Shown: positions 30,694-41,494, counted from the first letter of the stretch. The stretch is DNA of 64,000 bases from Candidatus Latescibacterota bacterium (GCA_965198115.1 OZ240241.1:3712001-3776000), one strand, 5' to 3'. Program-made: numbers and translations. Notes: generated from the sequence alone by a model not told the origin.

Positions 30694-31478
30694 GCCGCGT
30701 CTCCATCCACAGGCTCGAATCCCACCACGTCCTTCCCCCGAGCCACGTCGACCCAGCAGAAGCGGTTCTTGGAGATGCCGTACAGAATATCGAACCGCAG
30801 GTCATCCGGCGCGTCGACGCAACACTCGATCAACTGAACGATGTCCCGCTGGCTGCACCAGACGGGCGCAATCTCTGGCTTGAACGGTCGATCCTCGGCG
30901 TTCACCCAGCCGATCCGGAGGCACAGACACGATAGACCGTGGACGTCAGAATACATACGCGCAAGCGCCTCGCCCCAGACCTTGCTCGCCGAATAGGGCT
31001 CCGTCGGCCGCACCGGGTCGAGATGCGTGATGAGTGGAATCGGATTGGGGACGTCGTCGTTGCGCCCTTCGCGAACAGCGCGATAGGGCTCTTCCTCCCA
31101 ATAGCCCCAATTGGTCATGATCGTACTCGCGTAGACGATGCGCTTCACGCCTGCATCCCGGCACGCCTCGAACACGTTGTAGACACCGATTACGTTGCTG
31201 TCGCGGATCGCCTCCCAGGAGGCTGCCGGCCGAGGGTCGGCGGCCATCTGCACCACCACGTCCTGGCCATCGACGGCTGTGCGCACGTTCTCGTAATCCG
31301 TCAGATCGGCCAAAAAAAACCGATCTTCCGGGATGTCGATCGTCTCTCCTTCGGCCACACGCTCGGACGGCGTCGTCCGCCGGGCCAGACCTGAGACCTC
31401 GAGGTCGTCACGGGTCGACAGCTGTTTGTAAGCCGCCCACGCGATCAGGCCATACACACCCGTAATCAGAACCTTCAC
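30690..31478 (-). CDS. NAD-dependent epimerase/dehydratase (uronate dehydrogenase-like)
   Basis: TGVYGLI, YSASKVWGE and LRIG motifs. Confidence 0.85.
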   Translation of the reverse strand: MKVLITGVYGLIAWAAYKQLSTRDDLEVSGLARRTTPSERVAEGETIDIPEDRFFLADLTDYENVRTAVDGQDVVVQMAADPRPAASWEAIRDSNVIGVYNVFEACRDAGVKRIVYASTIMTNWGYWEEEPYRAVREGRNDDVPNPIPLITHLDPVRPTEPYSASKVWGEALARMYSDVHGLSCLCLRIGWVNAEDRPFKPEIAPVWCSQRDIVQLIECCVDAPDDLRFDILYGISKNRFCWVDVARGKDVVGFEPVDGDAA

Positions 31479-31825
31479 GTTGGATTCCTCACAGCCTAGG
31501 GATATCGGTCGATCCTACACCGAGTCGAAACGAGGCGAACAGTCAGACGGTTTAAGCGAATAGGGAGAGGATGCGCGACGGGGGCAGCAAGAGAACGGAA
31601 AATCGACCACTTGTCAACTGAGATTCGGCCCATCACACCGTCGACCCAAGCTCTGGAAGACGTGAAACCTTTTGCTTCCAGACTTCTGCTACTGTAATTT
31701 ACGCCCGCCTCCGGACCACCCATTGCCGGCTCCTTGCCGGCCTCCCTCCGGGTGTCGGGAGCATCCGTCAGACCTCCCCGCCGACATCCATTCACCACAT
31801 CCTAGCGGGGAGTCACAGCCCTCCC

Positions 31826-32560
31826 ATGAGATATTCGCGTGTTCTGCTCAAACTCAGTGGCGCCGCCGTCTCGGGTGACGACGAATTCGGCTTCGACCCG
31901 TCCGCGCTCGAGTATATCGCCGACGAAATCATCGCCGTTCACGCTGCGGGCGCCCAGATAGGCATCGTCATCGGTGGTGGAAACATCTTTCGCGGCACGC
32001 TGGGGACCCAATGGGGCATCGATCGATCCGAGGCCGATAACATCGGCATGCTCGGCACGATCATCAACGCCCTGATGCTTCGGGGCGTCCTCAACGCCAA
32101 GACCGACGCCGAAGTCCGCGTCATGACAGCCATTCCGATCAACGCCGTCGCCGAACCCTTCATTCGGCTGCGCGCCGCGCACCATCTGGAAAACGGCTAC
32201 ATCGTCATCTTCGCCGGGGGCATTGGCAATCCGTATGTCACCACCGACTATCCCGGTGTTCAGCGCGCCCTCGAAGTACGCGCCGATGCCATCCTCTACG
32301 CCAAAAACAAAACCGACGGCATCTACACGAGCGACCCCAACCAGGACCCGAACGCCAAGCGGTTCCGAGAAGTCAGTTACAGCACCGTCGTCCATCGAGA
32401 TCTCGGCGCCCTCGACCAGAGCGCGGTCATCCTCGCCCGCGACAACGGACTCCCGATTCACGTGTTCGACTTCGACCAAAAGGGCTCGATGAAGCGCATC
32501 ATCGAGGGCGAAGACGTGGGCACATTGATCGCCAACGTTCACGAGGACGTCCTGTCCTGA
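31826..32560 (+). CDS. pyrH: UMP kinase
   Basis: LLKLSG, GGGNIFRG, DNIGMLGT and TTD motifs. Confidence 0.88.
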   Translation: MRYSRVLLKLSGAAVSGDDEFGFDPSALEYIADEIIAVHAAGAQIGIVIGGGNIFRGTLGTQWGIDRSEADNIGMLGTIINALMLRGVLNAKTDAEVRVMTAIPINAVAEPFIRLRAAHHLENGYIVIFAGGIGNPYVTTDYPGVQRALEVRADAILYAKNKTDGIYTSDPNQDPNAKRFREVSYSTVVHRDLGALDQSAVILARDNGLPIHVFDFDQKGSMKRIIEGEDVGTLIANVHEDVLS

Positions 32561-32635
32561 CGGGTCGTCCTGAACACAGCGATCGAATCGTCCCACACGG
32601 TCAATCATGCCAAAAGAGACCTTCGAGGCCAAAGC

Positions 32636-33916
32636 ATGAAGATTCTGCTCGTCGGAAAGGGTGGACGCGAAGACGCCATCGCGTGGAAGATCGCGCAGAG
32701 CCCGAGACTCACACAGCTTTATTGCGCTCCCGGAAGTCCGGGCATGGCTCGATTCGGCGAATGCCGTGAGATCGACGTGATGGACATCGACGGCCAGATC
32801 GACTATGCACGGGAAGTGGGCGTCGACCTCGTCGTCATCGGACCCGAGAACCCGTTGGAAGCGGGCATCGTGGATCGGTTCGAGGGCGCGGGTTTTCAGG
32901 TGTTCGGCCCGAGTGCGGCGGCCGCCAAGATCGAGACAGACAAAGACTTCGCGCTTGATCTGATGCACCGCCACGGCATCCCGACCGGAGCGTTTGCGAC
33001 CTTCACCGACCCTGACACCGCCATCCCCTACATCCGCGAGCAGGGCGCGCCAATCGTCCTCAAGGCGGCCGGACTCGCGGCGGGCAAGGGCGTGATCGTC
33101 TGCGAGACGCTCGACCAAGCGCTTGCCGGCGTGGAAGAGATCCTCGTAAACGCCAGATTCGGGGAGGCGGGTGCCAAACTCGTCGTGATGGAATACCTGG
33201 ATGGCGAAGAGGCCTCCATCTTCGGGTTCACCGACGGGAAGGACATCGTCTATGCCGTGTCCTCCCAGGATCACAAGCGCATCGGGGAAGGCGAAACCGG
33301 ACCGAACACGGGCGGCATGGGGGCCTACGCGCCGGCGCCCGTCATCACACCCGAGCTGCAGCAGGAAATCTACGACACGATCATGCAACCGACCGTCGAC
33401 GCCCTCGCGGCCGAGGGAACACCCTTCAGGGGGATCCTCTACGGCGGCATCATCGTCACCGCGAGGGGACCGCAGGTCATCGAATTCAACTGTCGGCTCG
33501 GCGACCCGGAGGCGCAGGTCGTGCTCCCCCTGATGAAAACCGACATCGTCGACATCTTCGAAGCCGGTGTGCGAGGAACGATCGGCAACATCACCGTCGA
33601 AACCGACGACCGTGCCGCGTGTTGTATCGTCATGGCGTCCGACGGCTATCCGACGTCCTACGACCAGGGCTTTCCCATCTACGGCATCGACAGTGCGGAG
33701 GCGCTCGGTGATGTCATCGTCTTCCACGCGGGCACAGGGAGGCGCGACGGTCAGCTGCTCACAGCCGGGGGTCGCGTGCTCGCCGTCGCAGCCCTGGGTC
33801 AAGAGATACTCGATGCCGTCGATCTCGCCTACCGAGCTGTCGACACCATCTCGTTCGAGAACATCTACACGAGACGCGATATCGCCTACCAGGCGCTCGC
33901 CCGCCTCTCGTCGTAA
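32636..33916 (+). CDS. purD: Phosphoribosylamine-glycine ligase
   Basis: GGRE, GLAAGKGV, QDHKR, GPNTGGMGAY and EFNCRLGDPE motifs. Confidence 0.96.
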   Translation: MKILLVGKGGREDAIAWKIAQSPRLTQLYCAPGSPGMARFGECREIDVMDIDGQIDYAREVGVDLVVIGPENPLEAGIVDRFEGAGFQVFGPSAAAAKIETDKDFALDLMHRHGIPTGAFATFTDPDTAIPYIREQGAPIVLKAAGLAAGKGVIVCETLDQALAGVEEILVNARFGEAGAKLVVMEYLDGEEASIFGFTDGKDIVYAVSSQDHKRIGEGETGPNTGGMGAYAPAPVITPELQQEIYDTIMQPTVDALAAEGTPFRGILYGGIIVTARGPQVIEFNCRLGDPEAQVVLPLMKTDIVDIFEAGVRGTIGNITVETDDRAACCIVMASDGYPTSYDQGFPIYGIDSAEALGDVIVFHAGTGRRDGQLLTAGGRVLAVAALGQEILDAVDLAYRAVDTISFENIYTRRDIAYQALARLSS

Positions 33917-33939
33917 ACGCCTTGCAAGGAGCGACACGC

Positions 33940-35043
33940 ATGAGTCTTCGAGCAGCCGTCATCGGTCTGGGCAGAATGGGTAGCACCTTCGACGATGAAA
34001 TAGAGCAAGGCGGGTCGATCTTCCTACCCTATTGCCACACACCCACCTACGTGGCGTCGCCGCTCGTCGAACTCGTGGCCGGCGCAGACCTCCACGACGA
34101 GCAGCGGTCCATCTACGGCGACCGGTGGGGTCTCTCCTCCGATCATCTCTACGACGACTACCGGGAGATGCTGGAAAAAGAGAAACCCGACATCGTCAGC
34201 ATCTGCACGACCGCGCGGCTCCGGCATCAGATCCTCCTCGACGTCGCTCGCTCCAGCGCCAAGGCGATCTGGGCGGAAAAACCGATCGCGTTCAGTTTGC
34301 AGGAGGCCGACGAAATGGTCGAGGTGTGCGACGACCTGGGCGTCAAAGTGGCCGTCAACACGGCTCGACGTTACAACCCCTACTTCGCCGAGACACGACG
34401 CATGATCGACGAAGGCGTGTTGGGTGACATCCTGCAGGTCAACATCCACGCCCAGTGCGGTCTCTCCCACAACGGAAGCCACGCCATCGACACGATGCGC
34501 TATCTCGCGAAAAATGGGAACGCCACGTGGGTGTTCGGCGAGATGGAATCGGACGAAGCGGCCGCCGGAGACGACGACCTCAGCGGCAACGGCTATGTCG
34601 CGTTCGACAACGGGATCCGCAGTTTCCTCAGGGCAACCTCTTGCGGCGTCGCCAATTGGGAAACGGATGTCATCGGAACGAAGGGACGTGTCCGGTCGAT
34701 CGCGAACTGCCAACACGTGGAATGGATGCACCTGGCCCCCGGCGGTCCAAGAGGACGCGGCACTCCGGCCACCGGAGAGCTTTCACTCCCCCCCCGAATC
34801 GGTGGCATGGGGCTCACCATCGTCGCAGACCTGATCGACAGCATCGGGTCCGACCGACGTCCACGCGCCTCGATTCACGACGGCCGCGCTGCACTCGAAA
34901 TCGCCATCGGTCTACGCGAATCTCATCGACGTGACGGCAGCCGGGTCCGCCTGCCGCTCGAAGACAGGGCGCTGAAGATCGTATCGATCGAGACTCGGGA
35001 GGATCATACGCCCGCGAGGGTGAGGCGGTTGCAGGCTGGGTAG
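33940..35043 (+). CDS. Gfo/Idh/MocA oxidoreductase
   Basis: GLGRMG and EKP motifs. Confidence 0.88.
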   Translation: MSLRAAVIGLGRMGSTFDDEIEQGGSIFLPYCHTPTYVASPLVELVAGADLHDEQRSIYGDRWGLSSDHLYDDYREMLEKEKPDIVSICTTARLRHQILLDVARSSAKAIWAEKPIAFSLQEADEMVEVCDDLGVKVAVNTARRYNPYFAETRRMIDEGVLGDILQVNIHAQCGLSHNGSHAIDTMRYLAKNGNATWVFGEMESDEAAAGDDDLSGNGYVAFDNGIRSFLRATSCGVANWETDVIGTKGRVRSIANCQHVEWMHLAPGGPRGRGTPATGELSLPPRIGGMGLTIVADLIDSIGSDRRPRASIHDGRAALEIAIGLRESHRRDGSRVRLPLEDRALKIVSIETREDHTPARVRRLQAG

Positions 35044-35167
35044 CCAATGGCGATGGACCAGGGCGTCCCCGAGGAGTACCAAACCATAAGGACAGGCTGA
35101 ACAGCGCCCTCGTGCGGAGCACGGGACGAGTGCAACAGTTGGAAATTTTTCAGCTGAGAGGAGAAAA

Positions 35168-35623
35168 ATGGCAGATCCGATTGTCGGCATCATCATGGGG
35201 AGTCAATCCGATGAATCGACGATGCAGAGGGCGGCGGACATTCTGGATGAACTCGGGATTCCCTACGACGTCACCGTGTGCTCCGCACACCGCAACCCTG
35301 AACGCACGGCGGAATACGCCGGTGGGGCCGCCGAGAGAGGCTTGAAGGTCATCATCGCCGGCGCTGGGCTGGCTGCTGCGCTCCCAGGCGTCGTCGCCGC
35401 GCACACGACATTGCCCGTCATCGGCGTACCCTGTGCATCGGGAGCGCTGCAGGGCGTTGATGCGTTATATGCGATCGTTCAGATGCCGCCAGGTGTGCCC
35501 GTCGCTTGTGTGGGAATCGGCAATGCGCGGAACGCGGCCGTGTTGGCCACTCAGATCATCGCGCTGACTGACGAGAACGTTGCCGTGCGTCTCGCCGACT
35601 ACAAGGCGAACCTGGGCAAATAG
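35168..35623 (+). CDS. purE: N5-CAIR mutase / AIR carboxylase
   Basis: MGSQSD, SAHR and QMPPGVPVA motifs. Confidence 0.95.
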   Translation: MADPIVGIIMGSQSDESTMQRAADILDELGIPYDVTVCSAHRNPERTAEYAGGAAERGLKVIIAGAGLAAALPGVVAAHTTLPVIGVPCASGALQGVDALYAIVQMPPGVPVACVGIGNARNAAVLATQIIALTDENVAVRLADYKANLGK

Positions 35624-35645
35624 GTCTCCTCTGCATCCCGGTCGT

Positions 35646-36215
35646 CTATCCCCCTTCCAGACCGGCAAGCGTCAAGATCTGCAGGCAGAATCGGTAGGTC
35701 AGCCCCCACAGGATTGGCTTCCTCTCGATTTCCAGCTCGATCCCGGGATGGTCGCGCTCGGTGTCGCCGACCCTGAATCGGCGAGTGACCCGTCGCCCGG
35801 GATTGGCTAAATCCACCAGAGGATACCAGAAGGTATCGGCCACTTCGTCGTTCGGCGTCAGCGTGGGCGTCCCTTCAACCTCGTAGGCGAAAGCCGAAAC
35901 ACAGACGGGGATCGTCACACCCGTTTGATCGTCCAGCTGACCCAGATAGCGTGCCGTTGTCAAGTTCAGACCGAGCTCCTCCGCTGCCTCCCGCTCGGCC
36001 GCTTCGCGAGCTCCGGGGTCTGCAGGTTCGATGCGACCACCGGGAAAGGCAATGTGGCCGGACCAGGGGTCGCCCTCGACCGTCGTCCGATGGATGAACA
36101 GCACCCTCGGCTCCATTTGGGCACAGAGCACGGCTGCGACCGCAGCGCGCCCGACGTCCCGGCCATCTCGCCGGGGCTCGTGCCCGGCGAGGCTCGCCCT
36201 CAGACGATCAAACAT
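35646..36215 (-). CDS. Nudix CoA pyrophosphatase
   Basis: SGHIAFPGG...AEREAAEELG and WGLT motifs. Confidence 0.88.
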   Translation of the reverse strand: MFDRLRASLAGHEPRRDGRDVGRAAVAAVLCAQMEPRVLFIHRTTVEGDPWSGHIAFPGGRIEPADPGAREAAEREAAEELGLNLTTARYLGQLDDQTGVTIPVCVSAFAYEVEGTPTLTPNDEVADTFWYPLVDLANPGRRVTRRFRVGDTERDHPGIELEIERKPILWGLTYRFCLQILTLAGLEGG

Positions 36216-37437
36216 CACCTTCCCACCACGCGTCATCGTCGTCTTCCCGCTCGCCCCAACGATGTTTATGCTCCTGCCCCCATCGAGTCTTGGAGCCACC
36301 GAACCTGTCGCGTACGTTGTCCAGCGCCTCCTGCATTCGATGGCCCCGGTCGTCACCCGATTGCCAGAGCGACAGCTGCTGGCCGGTCGAAGCGAACTGG
36401 CTGATGGCAACGCCTAGAAGCCGCACGGGTCTGCCCCTCTGCCACGCCGCGTCGAACAGGCTCTTGGCCGCCTGGTAAAGATCCTGATCGAGATCGGTCC
36501 CGTCCCTCAGCGTCACACGCCGCGTGATCGTCTTGAAATCCGACCATCGCAGCTTGATGGCGACGGTGCGACCCGTCAATGCCTCGTCGCGCAGCGATCG
36601 TCCGAGACGCTGGCTGAGCGAAAGCAACACTGCGTGCAGCCGGTCTTCCTCTGAGATGTCCTCCGAGAACGTCGTTTCGTGACTGATCGACTTCGCCCCC
36701 TCCCCTCCTGGGTCCACCGATCGATCGTCGACGCCGTGGGCGAACGCGTGAAGCTTCCTTCCGTAGGAACCAAGCTGGGACTCGAGCCGATCCGGCCCCC
36801 AGCCCTGAACATCGCCGAGCGTCGACAGTCCCAGCTGCTCCATCCGTTCCGCCATCTTCGGACCGACGCCCCACATAGCCCGCACCGGCAGAGGCGCGAG
36901 GAATTCAGGCTCCTCTCCGGGTGGAACGATCAGAACCGCATTGGGCCATCCATCGGTTTCCGTCCAATCTTTCCCCTCGTTGGTCGCGATCTTCGCGACA
37001 AGCTTACTCGTCGCCCCGCCCAGCGACGATGGCAGCTTCAACTCGTCGAATATCATCGTCTGAATACGGCGAGCGACGCGCTCCGCGGGCTCCTCGATGT
37101 CCGTGGCATCGATAAAACACTCATCGATCGAAATCTGCTCCACGTAGGGGGTCACCCGATCCAGCAACGTCATGACCTTCCTCGAATACCCCCCGTATCC
37201 CCCGTGGTGAGACACCACCTGGAGACCCGGACACAGACGCAGCGCCTGTGCCATCGGCATGGCCGAACGAACCCCGAACTTCCGTGCCGCGTAGGAACAG
37301 GATGCGACAACGCCGCGTCCCTCCGGCGTACCTCCCACGGCAAAGGCCTTCCCGTCCAGGGAGGGGTCCCGGATCACCTCGACGGCACAGAAAAACGCGT
37401 CCAGATCGAGGTGCAATATCGTGCGTGGCGCGGGCAT
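36208..37437 (-). CDS. dinB: DNA polymerase IV
   Basis: HLDLDAFF, SYAAR and SIDE motifs. Confidence 0.93.
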   Translation of the reverse strand: MPAPRTILHLDLDAFFCAVEVIRDPSLDGKAFAVGGTPEGRGVVASCSYAARKFGVRSAMPMAQALRLCPGLQVVSHHGGYGGYSRKVMTLLDRVTPYVEQISIDECFIDATDIEEPAERVARRIQTMIFDELKLPSSLGGATSKLVAKIATNEGKDWTETDGWPNAVLIVPPGEEPEFLAPLPVRAMWGVGPKMAERMEQLGLSTLGDVQGWGPDRLESQLGSYGRKLHAFAHGVDDRSVDPGGEGAKSISHETTFSEDISEEDRLHAVLLSLSQRLGRSLRDEALTGRTVAIKLRWSDFKTITRRVTLRDGTDLDQDLYQAAKSLFDAAWQRGRPVRLLGVAISQFASTGQQLSLWQSGDDRGHRMQEALDNVRDRFGGSKTRWGQEHKHRWGEREDDDDAWWEGDV

Positions 37438-37578
37438 CAATCGTGTCCTTTGATCCAACAAGTCATGATGAATGTAGAGTCAACCCACGTTCACCCGTCA
37501 GGGTCGGTTGACGTGATCGTCGGGCCTCTTACCTTTAGGAACGCGAAAACGACGCCCACGCTCTGAACGACCGAACCC

Positions 37579-38772
37579 ATGTCCGAACCGCTCGAACGAC
37601 ACACGCCTTCGGCTCTTGCACACGAGCTGAACGCCCATTTTGACCAGATCGGCACCTACCGATCCTCGCGGGCGTTTCACGCGTCGGAGCTGTATCGGTC
37701 GCTTCGGGTGGAAATCGATCGTGTTCTGGATGGCATCGCTTGCGAGGGTTTTCCGGGGTCGGTGCACGATGGCCGGACTCCCCTGTCAGCAGTCGCGTGG
37801 AACGTAGAACGAGGTCGCCAGCTCGACGGCGTCGTGGACGTACTCAAGAGCCATCGACGTTTTCGATCCAGCGATGTACTCTTCCTGACCGAACTCGATA
37901 TCGGCATGGCACGGTCGGGCAACCTCGACATTCCCCGGGAGATCGCTTCGCGGGCGAACCTCAACTACGCGTTCGCGCCCTGCTACATCAACCTGCGGAA
38001 GGGGAGCGGACTCGAGGTGGAGGCGGCTGGCGAAAACCGAGAATCTCTCCACGGAAACGCAGTCTTCTCTCCCCACCCCCTGAGCGACATCCGCAGCATC
38101 GTGTTGCCCAACGGCAAGGACAAACTGCGGGGCAAGGAGAAACGGCTCGGAAGCCAACGGGCAGTCGTGGCAACCGTCGAGCACCCTTCCGGACCCTTCC
38201 GAGCCGTCAGTGTGCATCTCGACGCGCATTCTTCCCCCCGACACCGACGAAACCAGATGAAAATCATCCTGGACGACGTCACAGCCGATGAAGCGCGGAT
38301 GCCCATCCTGATCGGAGGGGATTGGAACACATCGACCAGCAATTCCCGCCGAGCGCTCTATTCGATCCTCGGGTTCTGTCGACGTGTCGGTATGGGCGTC
38401 GGCCACGTTCTTTCCAACCACTATCCCTACCCGGAACGCTACTTCGAAAGATCTCTCTTCGCGACACTCGAGGATAGCGCTTTCGACTACCGAACCCTGA
38501 ATGTGCCTGGTGCTTGCACGCTCACCTACGACATCGTCGACCTCGCCCAGAACTCGGGGATGGCCGACTGGCTCCCGCAGTGGTGCTTTGCCTGGATCGA
38601 GTGGGCGCTTCGGGACCACGACGGGCAGTGTGCGCTCAAGCTCGATTGGTTCGCTGGAAAGGACGTACGAGCCGTCGACGGCAGTCCCGAGGTCCTCTAC
38701 GACGTGCTGAGACAATACGGCAAGCTGTCCGATCACGACCCGATCGCCGTCAATTTCACTCTCACGAACTGA
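37579..38772 (+). CDS. Endonuclease/exonuclease/phosphatase family protein
   Basis: WNVE, LTELD, GDWN and SDH motifs. Confidence 0.88.
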   Translation: MSEPLERHTPSALAHELNAHFDQIGTYRSSRAFHASELYRSLRVEIDRVLDGIACEGFPGSVHDGRTPLSAVAWNVERGRQLDGVVDVLKSHRRFRSSDVLFLTELDIGMARSGNLDIPREIASRANLNYAFAPCYINLRKGSGLEVEAAGENRESLHGNAVFSPHPLSDIRSIVLPNGKDKLRGKEKRLGSQRAVVATVEHPSGPFRAVSVHLDAHSSPRHRRNQMKIILDDVTADEARMPILIGGDWNTSTSNSRRALYSILGFCRRVGMGVGHVLSNHYPYPERYFERSLFATLEDSAFDYRTLNVPGACTLTYDIVDLAQNSGMADWLPQWCFAWIEWALRDHDGQCALKLDWFAGKDVRAVDGSPEVLYDVLRQYGKLSDHDPIAVNFTLTN

Positions 38773-38779
38773 GAACATC

Positions 38780-39994
38780 GTGTCCCGACAGCGTATCAAG
38801 ATCCCGAACGCCGATGGCCTCGACCTGGGCGCCAGACTCGACCTGCCACCCGACGGCAAGGCCACCGCCTTCGCCCTCTTCGCCCACTGCTTTACGTGCA
38901 CGAAGAACATCAAGGCCATCAGTCACATTAGCGACGCCCTGATTCAGGTTGGGGTCGCCGTCCTGCGATTCGACTTCACCGGCCTGGGTGAGAGCGAGGG
39001 TGAGTTCGCTGACACCAACTTCTCTTCCAACGTCGCCGACCTCGTCGCCGCCTCGGAGTGGCTGGGCGAACATCACGAAGCCCCCGCTATCTTGATCGGC
39101 CACTCTCTGGGTGGGACCGCCGTACTTCGGGCAGCCGCTACGATACCGTCGGCTCGTGCCGTAGCCACGATCGGCGCCCCTGCCGATCCTGCTCACGTCT
39201 CCCATCTGATCGATAGCTCGCGGGAGGAGATCGAGTCGACGGGGGAAGCGGTCGTCCGACTCGGAGGACGGCCATTCAGGATCAAGAAACAGTTCCTCGA
39301 CGACCTCCAGGGCCAGGCGCTCCCTGACGCGATCGCCGACCTCAGACGGGCCCTCCTCATCTTCCACAGCCCGATCGACAACACGGTCGGCATCGACAAC
39401 GCATCCGCCATCTATGCGGCCGCCAAACACCCAAAGAGCTTCGTCTCCCTCGACCGGGCGGACCATCTCCTGTCGGACGAATCGGATGCCAGATACGTGG
39501 GGAGCGTCATCGGAGCCTGGGCTCGCAAATACATCGATGTGCCCGTCCCGGAAACGCCGATCGACCACCACGAAGACGAAGTCGTCGTCCACACGGGTCC
39601 CGCCGGTTATCGCACGGACATTCGTGCCGGTAGCCACGGGCTCGTCGCCGACGAGCCGGCCGACGTGGGGGGCACCGATCTCGGCCCCTCGCCTTACGAC
39701 TATCTGTTAACGGCCCTGGGTAGCTGTACCAGCATGACATTGCGAATGTATGCGGACCGAAAAAAATGGCCGCTCGAAGGCGTCACCATCCGCCTGAAGC
39801 ACGGGCGGATCCACGCCGAGGACTGCGAAACGTGCGAGACGCAGGAAGGGCGCGTCGACCTGATCGAGCGCACGATTTCTCTCGAGGGATCGCTCACGGA
39901 GGCGCAGAGAAGTCGACTGCTCGAAATCGCCGATCGGTGCCCCGTCCATCGCACGCTCTCGGGCGAGATCAGGATCGAAAGCACGCTCCTTTAA
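38780..39994 (+). CDS. Alpha/beta hydrolase - OsmC fusion protein
   Basis: AHCFTC and GHSLGG; C-terminal DEP...ALGSC...CPVH. Confidence 0.92.
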   Translation: MSRQRIKIPNADGLDLGARLDLPPDGKATAFALFAHCFTCTKNIKAISHISDALIQVGVAVLRFDFTGLGESEGEFADTNFSSNVADLVAASEWLGEHHEAPAILIGHSLGGTAVLRAAATIPSARAVATIGAPADPAHVSHLIDSSREEIESTGEAVVRLGGRPFRIKKQFLDDLQGQALPDAIADLRRALLIFHSPIDNTVGIDNASAIYAAAKHPKSFVSLDRADHLLSDESDARYVGSVIGAWARKYIDVPVPETPIDHHEDEVVVHTGPAGYRTDIRAGSHGLVADEPADVGGTDLGPSPYDYLLTALGSCTSMTLRMYADRKKWPLEGVTIRLKHGRIHAEDCETCETQEGRVDLIERTISLEGSLTEAQRSRLLEIADRCPVHRTLSGEIRIESTLL

Positions 39995-39997
39995 AAG

Positions 39998-41417
39998 GGC
40001 TATATCCGGATCTCTCAACGAGATGAAGTGGGTGAAGGTGCCGTGGTTCCTGGCATGGGGGCGCGGTTAGAGTGTGCGGAACCTCTTCGGAATCTGCTCA
40101 GGGATGTTTATGTCTCCGACGGTAAGGAAGATCATATCGTTGAATGCGTCGAGTGTGCGGAATCCGCTGGCTCGGTTCTTGACGATTTGGACGATTCGGT
40201 TGAGGCCTTCGGCGATGGCGTTGGTAAGACGCGTGTTCACGAATGCGAGGACGCCGAAGAAGTGCTGTCGCAGGGTCCTGACGAACTTTCGCAGGGGTTC
40301 AAGTCGACTTCTGAGTGCGGACGTCGTCCAGCATTTCAGGAAGCGTTCGGCAGCCCAGGGCGCTTTGTATTCCCAGAACTGCTCGAACTCGTCCTTGAGT
40401 CTCCAGGCTCTATAGATTCGGTAGTTCGCCTTCTCCAGTGCTTTGAGTGTCCGAGTATCCCCTCTGGAGCGTGTCGCTGAGTGCCGGTAGAGGAGCCATC
40501 GGAGGCCCTTCATGGCTTTGCGCTCATCCGGGGCAGCTTTACGCCACTGGTCCTTACGGACCTCGTCAACGGCGGCATTGAGAGCCTTGACGATGTGAAA
40601 GCGATCGAGGACCAGCTTGGCATTCGGACAGTGTTCCTGGATGGCTCCGATGTAAGCTTCGCTCATGTCGCAGCAGGCCCACTCGATCTTGGATCTCTGG
40701 TAGGGACTGAGAGCCTCTGTGAAGAACCGATCGATCGTTTTACGCGCCCTGCCGCGGCCAACCCACACCACGCAGGAGCGGTCCAGATCGTAAACGAGCG
40801 TGGCGTACCTGTGACGCTTGGCGTAGGAGATCTCGTCGATCCCGATGGTTTTGAGCCCTCGGATACGATGACCTTCACGAAGCCGCGTGATGGATCGGTG
40901 AAGGAGATCCGACAGCGTCGAGGCAGAGATGCGCAGTAACTCGGACGCCGCCTTCTGCGTCATGGTCTGGCAGTAGCGCAGCATGGCATACTCGAAGCGA
41001 TACGTCACCCGAGAGAACCGCTCCGCCCACGGAATCTCCTCGACCACACGACCGTGGGTAGGACACCGAATCTCCCGAGGATGGTAGAGAAGCCAGACCC
41101 TCCACCCGCACACCGGAATGTCACGCCACCGACGCGGATGGGGCATTGTGCGGACGATTTTACCTCGACGGCCGAACTCCGGACAACAACAACCATTCTT
41201 ATGTGGCTTTACGGCGATGACGAAGCAGCTTCTCCCCTCAAACCACCAGCTGACAACACGGAACCCCTTGAATCTCAGCAGTTTCGATAGTAATCTGCTC
41301 CCGGTCATAGGTCGCACCCCCTTCGCTTTGATTGTCCTACACACACAACCAAGCGTAGGGAACGATCTATGACCTTGTCATTCTATAGTTTCACCGTTGA
41401 GAAACCCGGATAGAGCC
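39998..41417 (-). mobile_element. ISL3-family IS, full length (1420 bp)
   Basis: GGCTATAT/GGCTCTAT IRs; AT-rich flanks TTTAAAAG and TTTAAAAT (imperfect TSD) at the OsmC-fusion stop codon. Confidence 0.95.
40067..41344 (-). CDS. ISL3-family transposase
   Basis: GIDE, CCDM, DRFH and TNAIAEGLN motifs. Confidence 0.95.
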   Translation of the reverse strand: MCRTIKAKGVRPMTGSRLLSKLLRFKGFRVVSWWFEGRSCFVIAVKPHKNGCCCPEFGRRGKIVRTMPHPRRWRDIPVCGWRVWLLYHPREIRCPTHGRVVEEIPWAERFSRVTYRFEYAMLRYCQTMTQKAASELLRISASTLSDLLHRSITRLREGHRIRGLKTIGIDEISYAKRHRYATLVYDLDRSCVVWVGRGRARKTIDRFFTEALSPYQRSKIEWACCDMSEAYIGAIQEHCPNAKLVLDRFHIVKALNAAVDEVRKDQWRKAAPDERKAMKGLRWLLYRHSATRSRGDTRTLKALEKANYRIYRAWRLKDEFEQFWEYKAPWAAERFLKCWTTSALRSRLEPLRKFVRTLRQHFFGVLAFVNTRLTNAIAEGLNRIVQIVKNRASGFRTLDAFNDMIFLTVGDINIPEQIPKRFRTL

Positions 41418-41437
41418 TTTAAAATCCTTAGTCACAA

Positions 41438-41473
41438 AAAGAGCGGCCCGCCCATTCGGACAGACCGCTCTTT
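41438..41473 (-). terminator. Intrinsic terminator after the transaldolase-like gene
   Basis: GAGCGGTCTGTCC-GAAT-GGGCGGGCCGCTC followed by TTTTT on the minus strand. Confidence 0.78.
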
Positions 41474-41494
41474 CTATCCAACCCTGGTCGGTCG

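Noticed and set aside
31500-31825. Purine, ZTP or PyrR-type leader upstream of pyrH-purD
   Set aside because: No recognisable consensus motifs or terminator.
31802-33937. Long antisense or alternate-frame ORFs (e.g. 711 aa opposite pyrH/purD; 50423-52483; 37786-38919)
   Set aside because: Shadow ORFs expected in GC-rich DNA; they overlap genes with clear motifs.
41170-41200. CPEFG instead of CPECG as an inactivating lesion in the ISL3 zinc finger
   Set aside because: Both copies covering this site share it, and adjacent Cys residues could substitute, so it cannot be called a defect.
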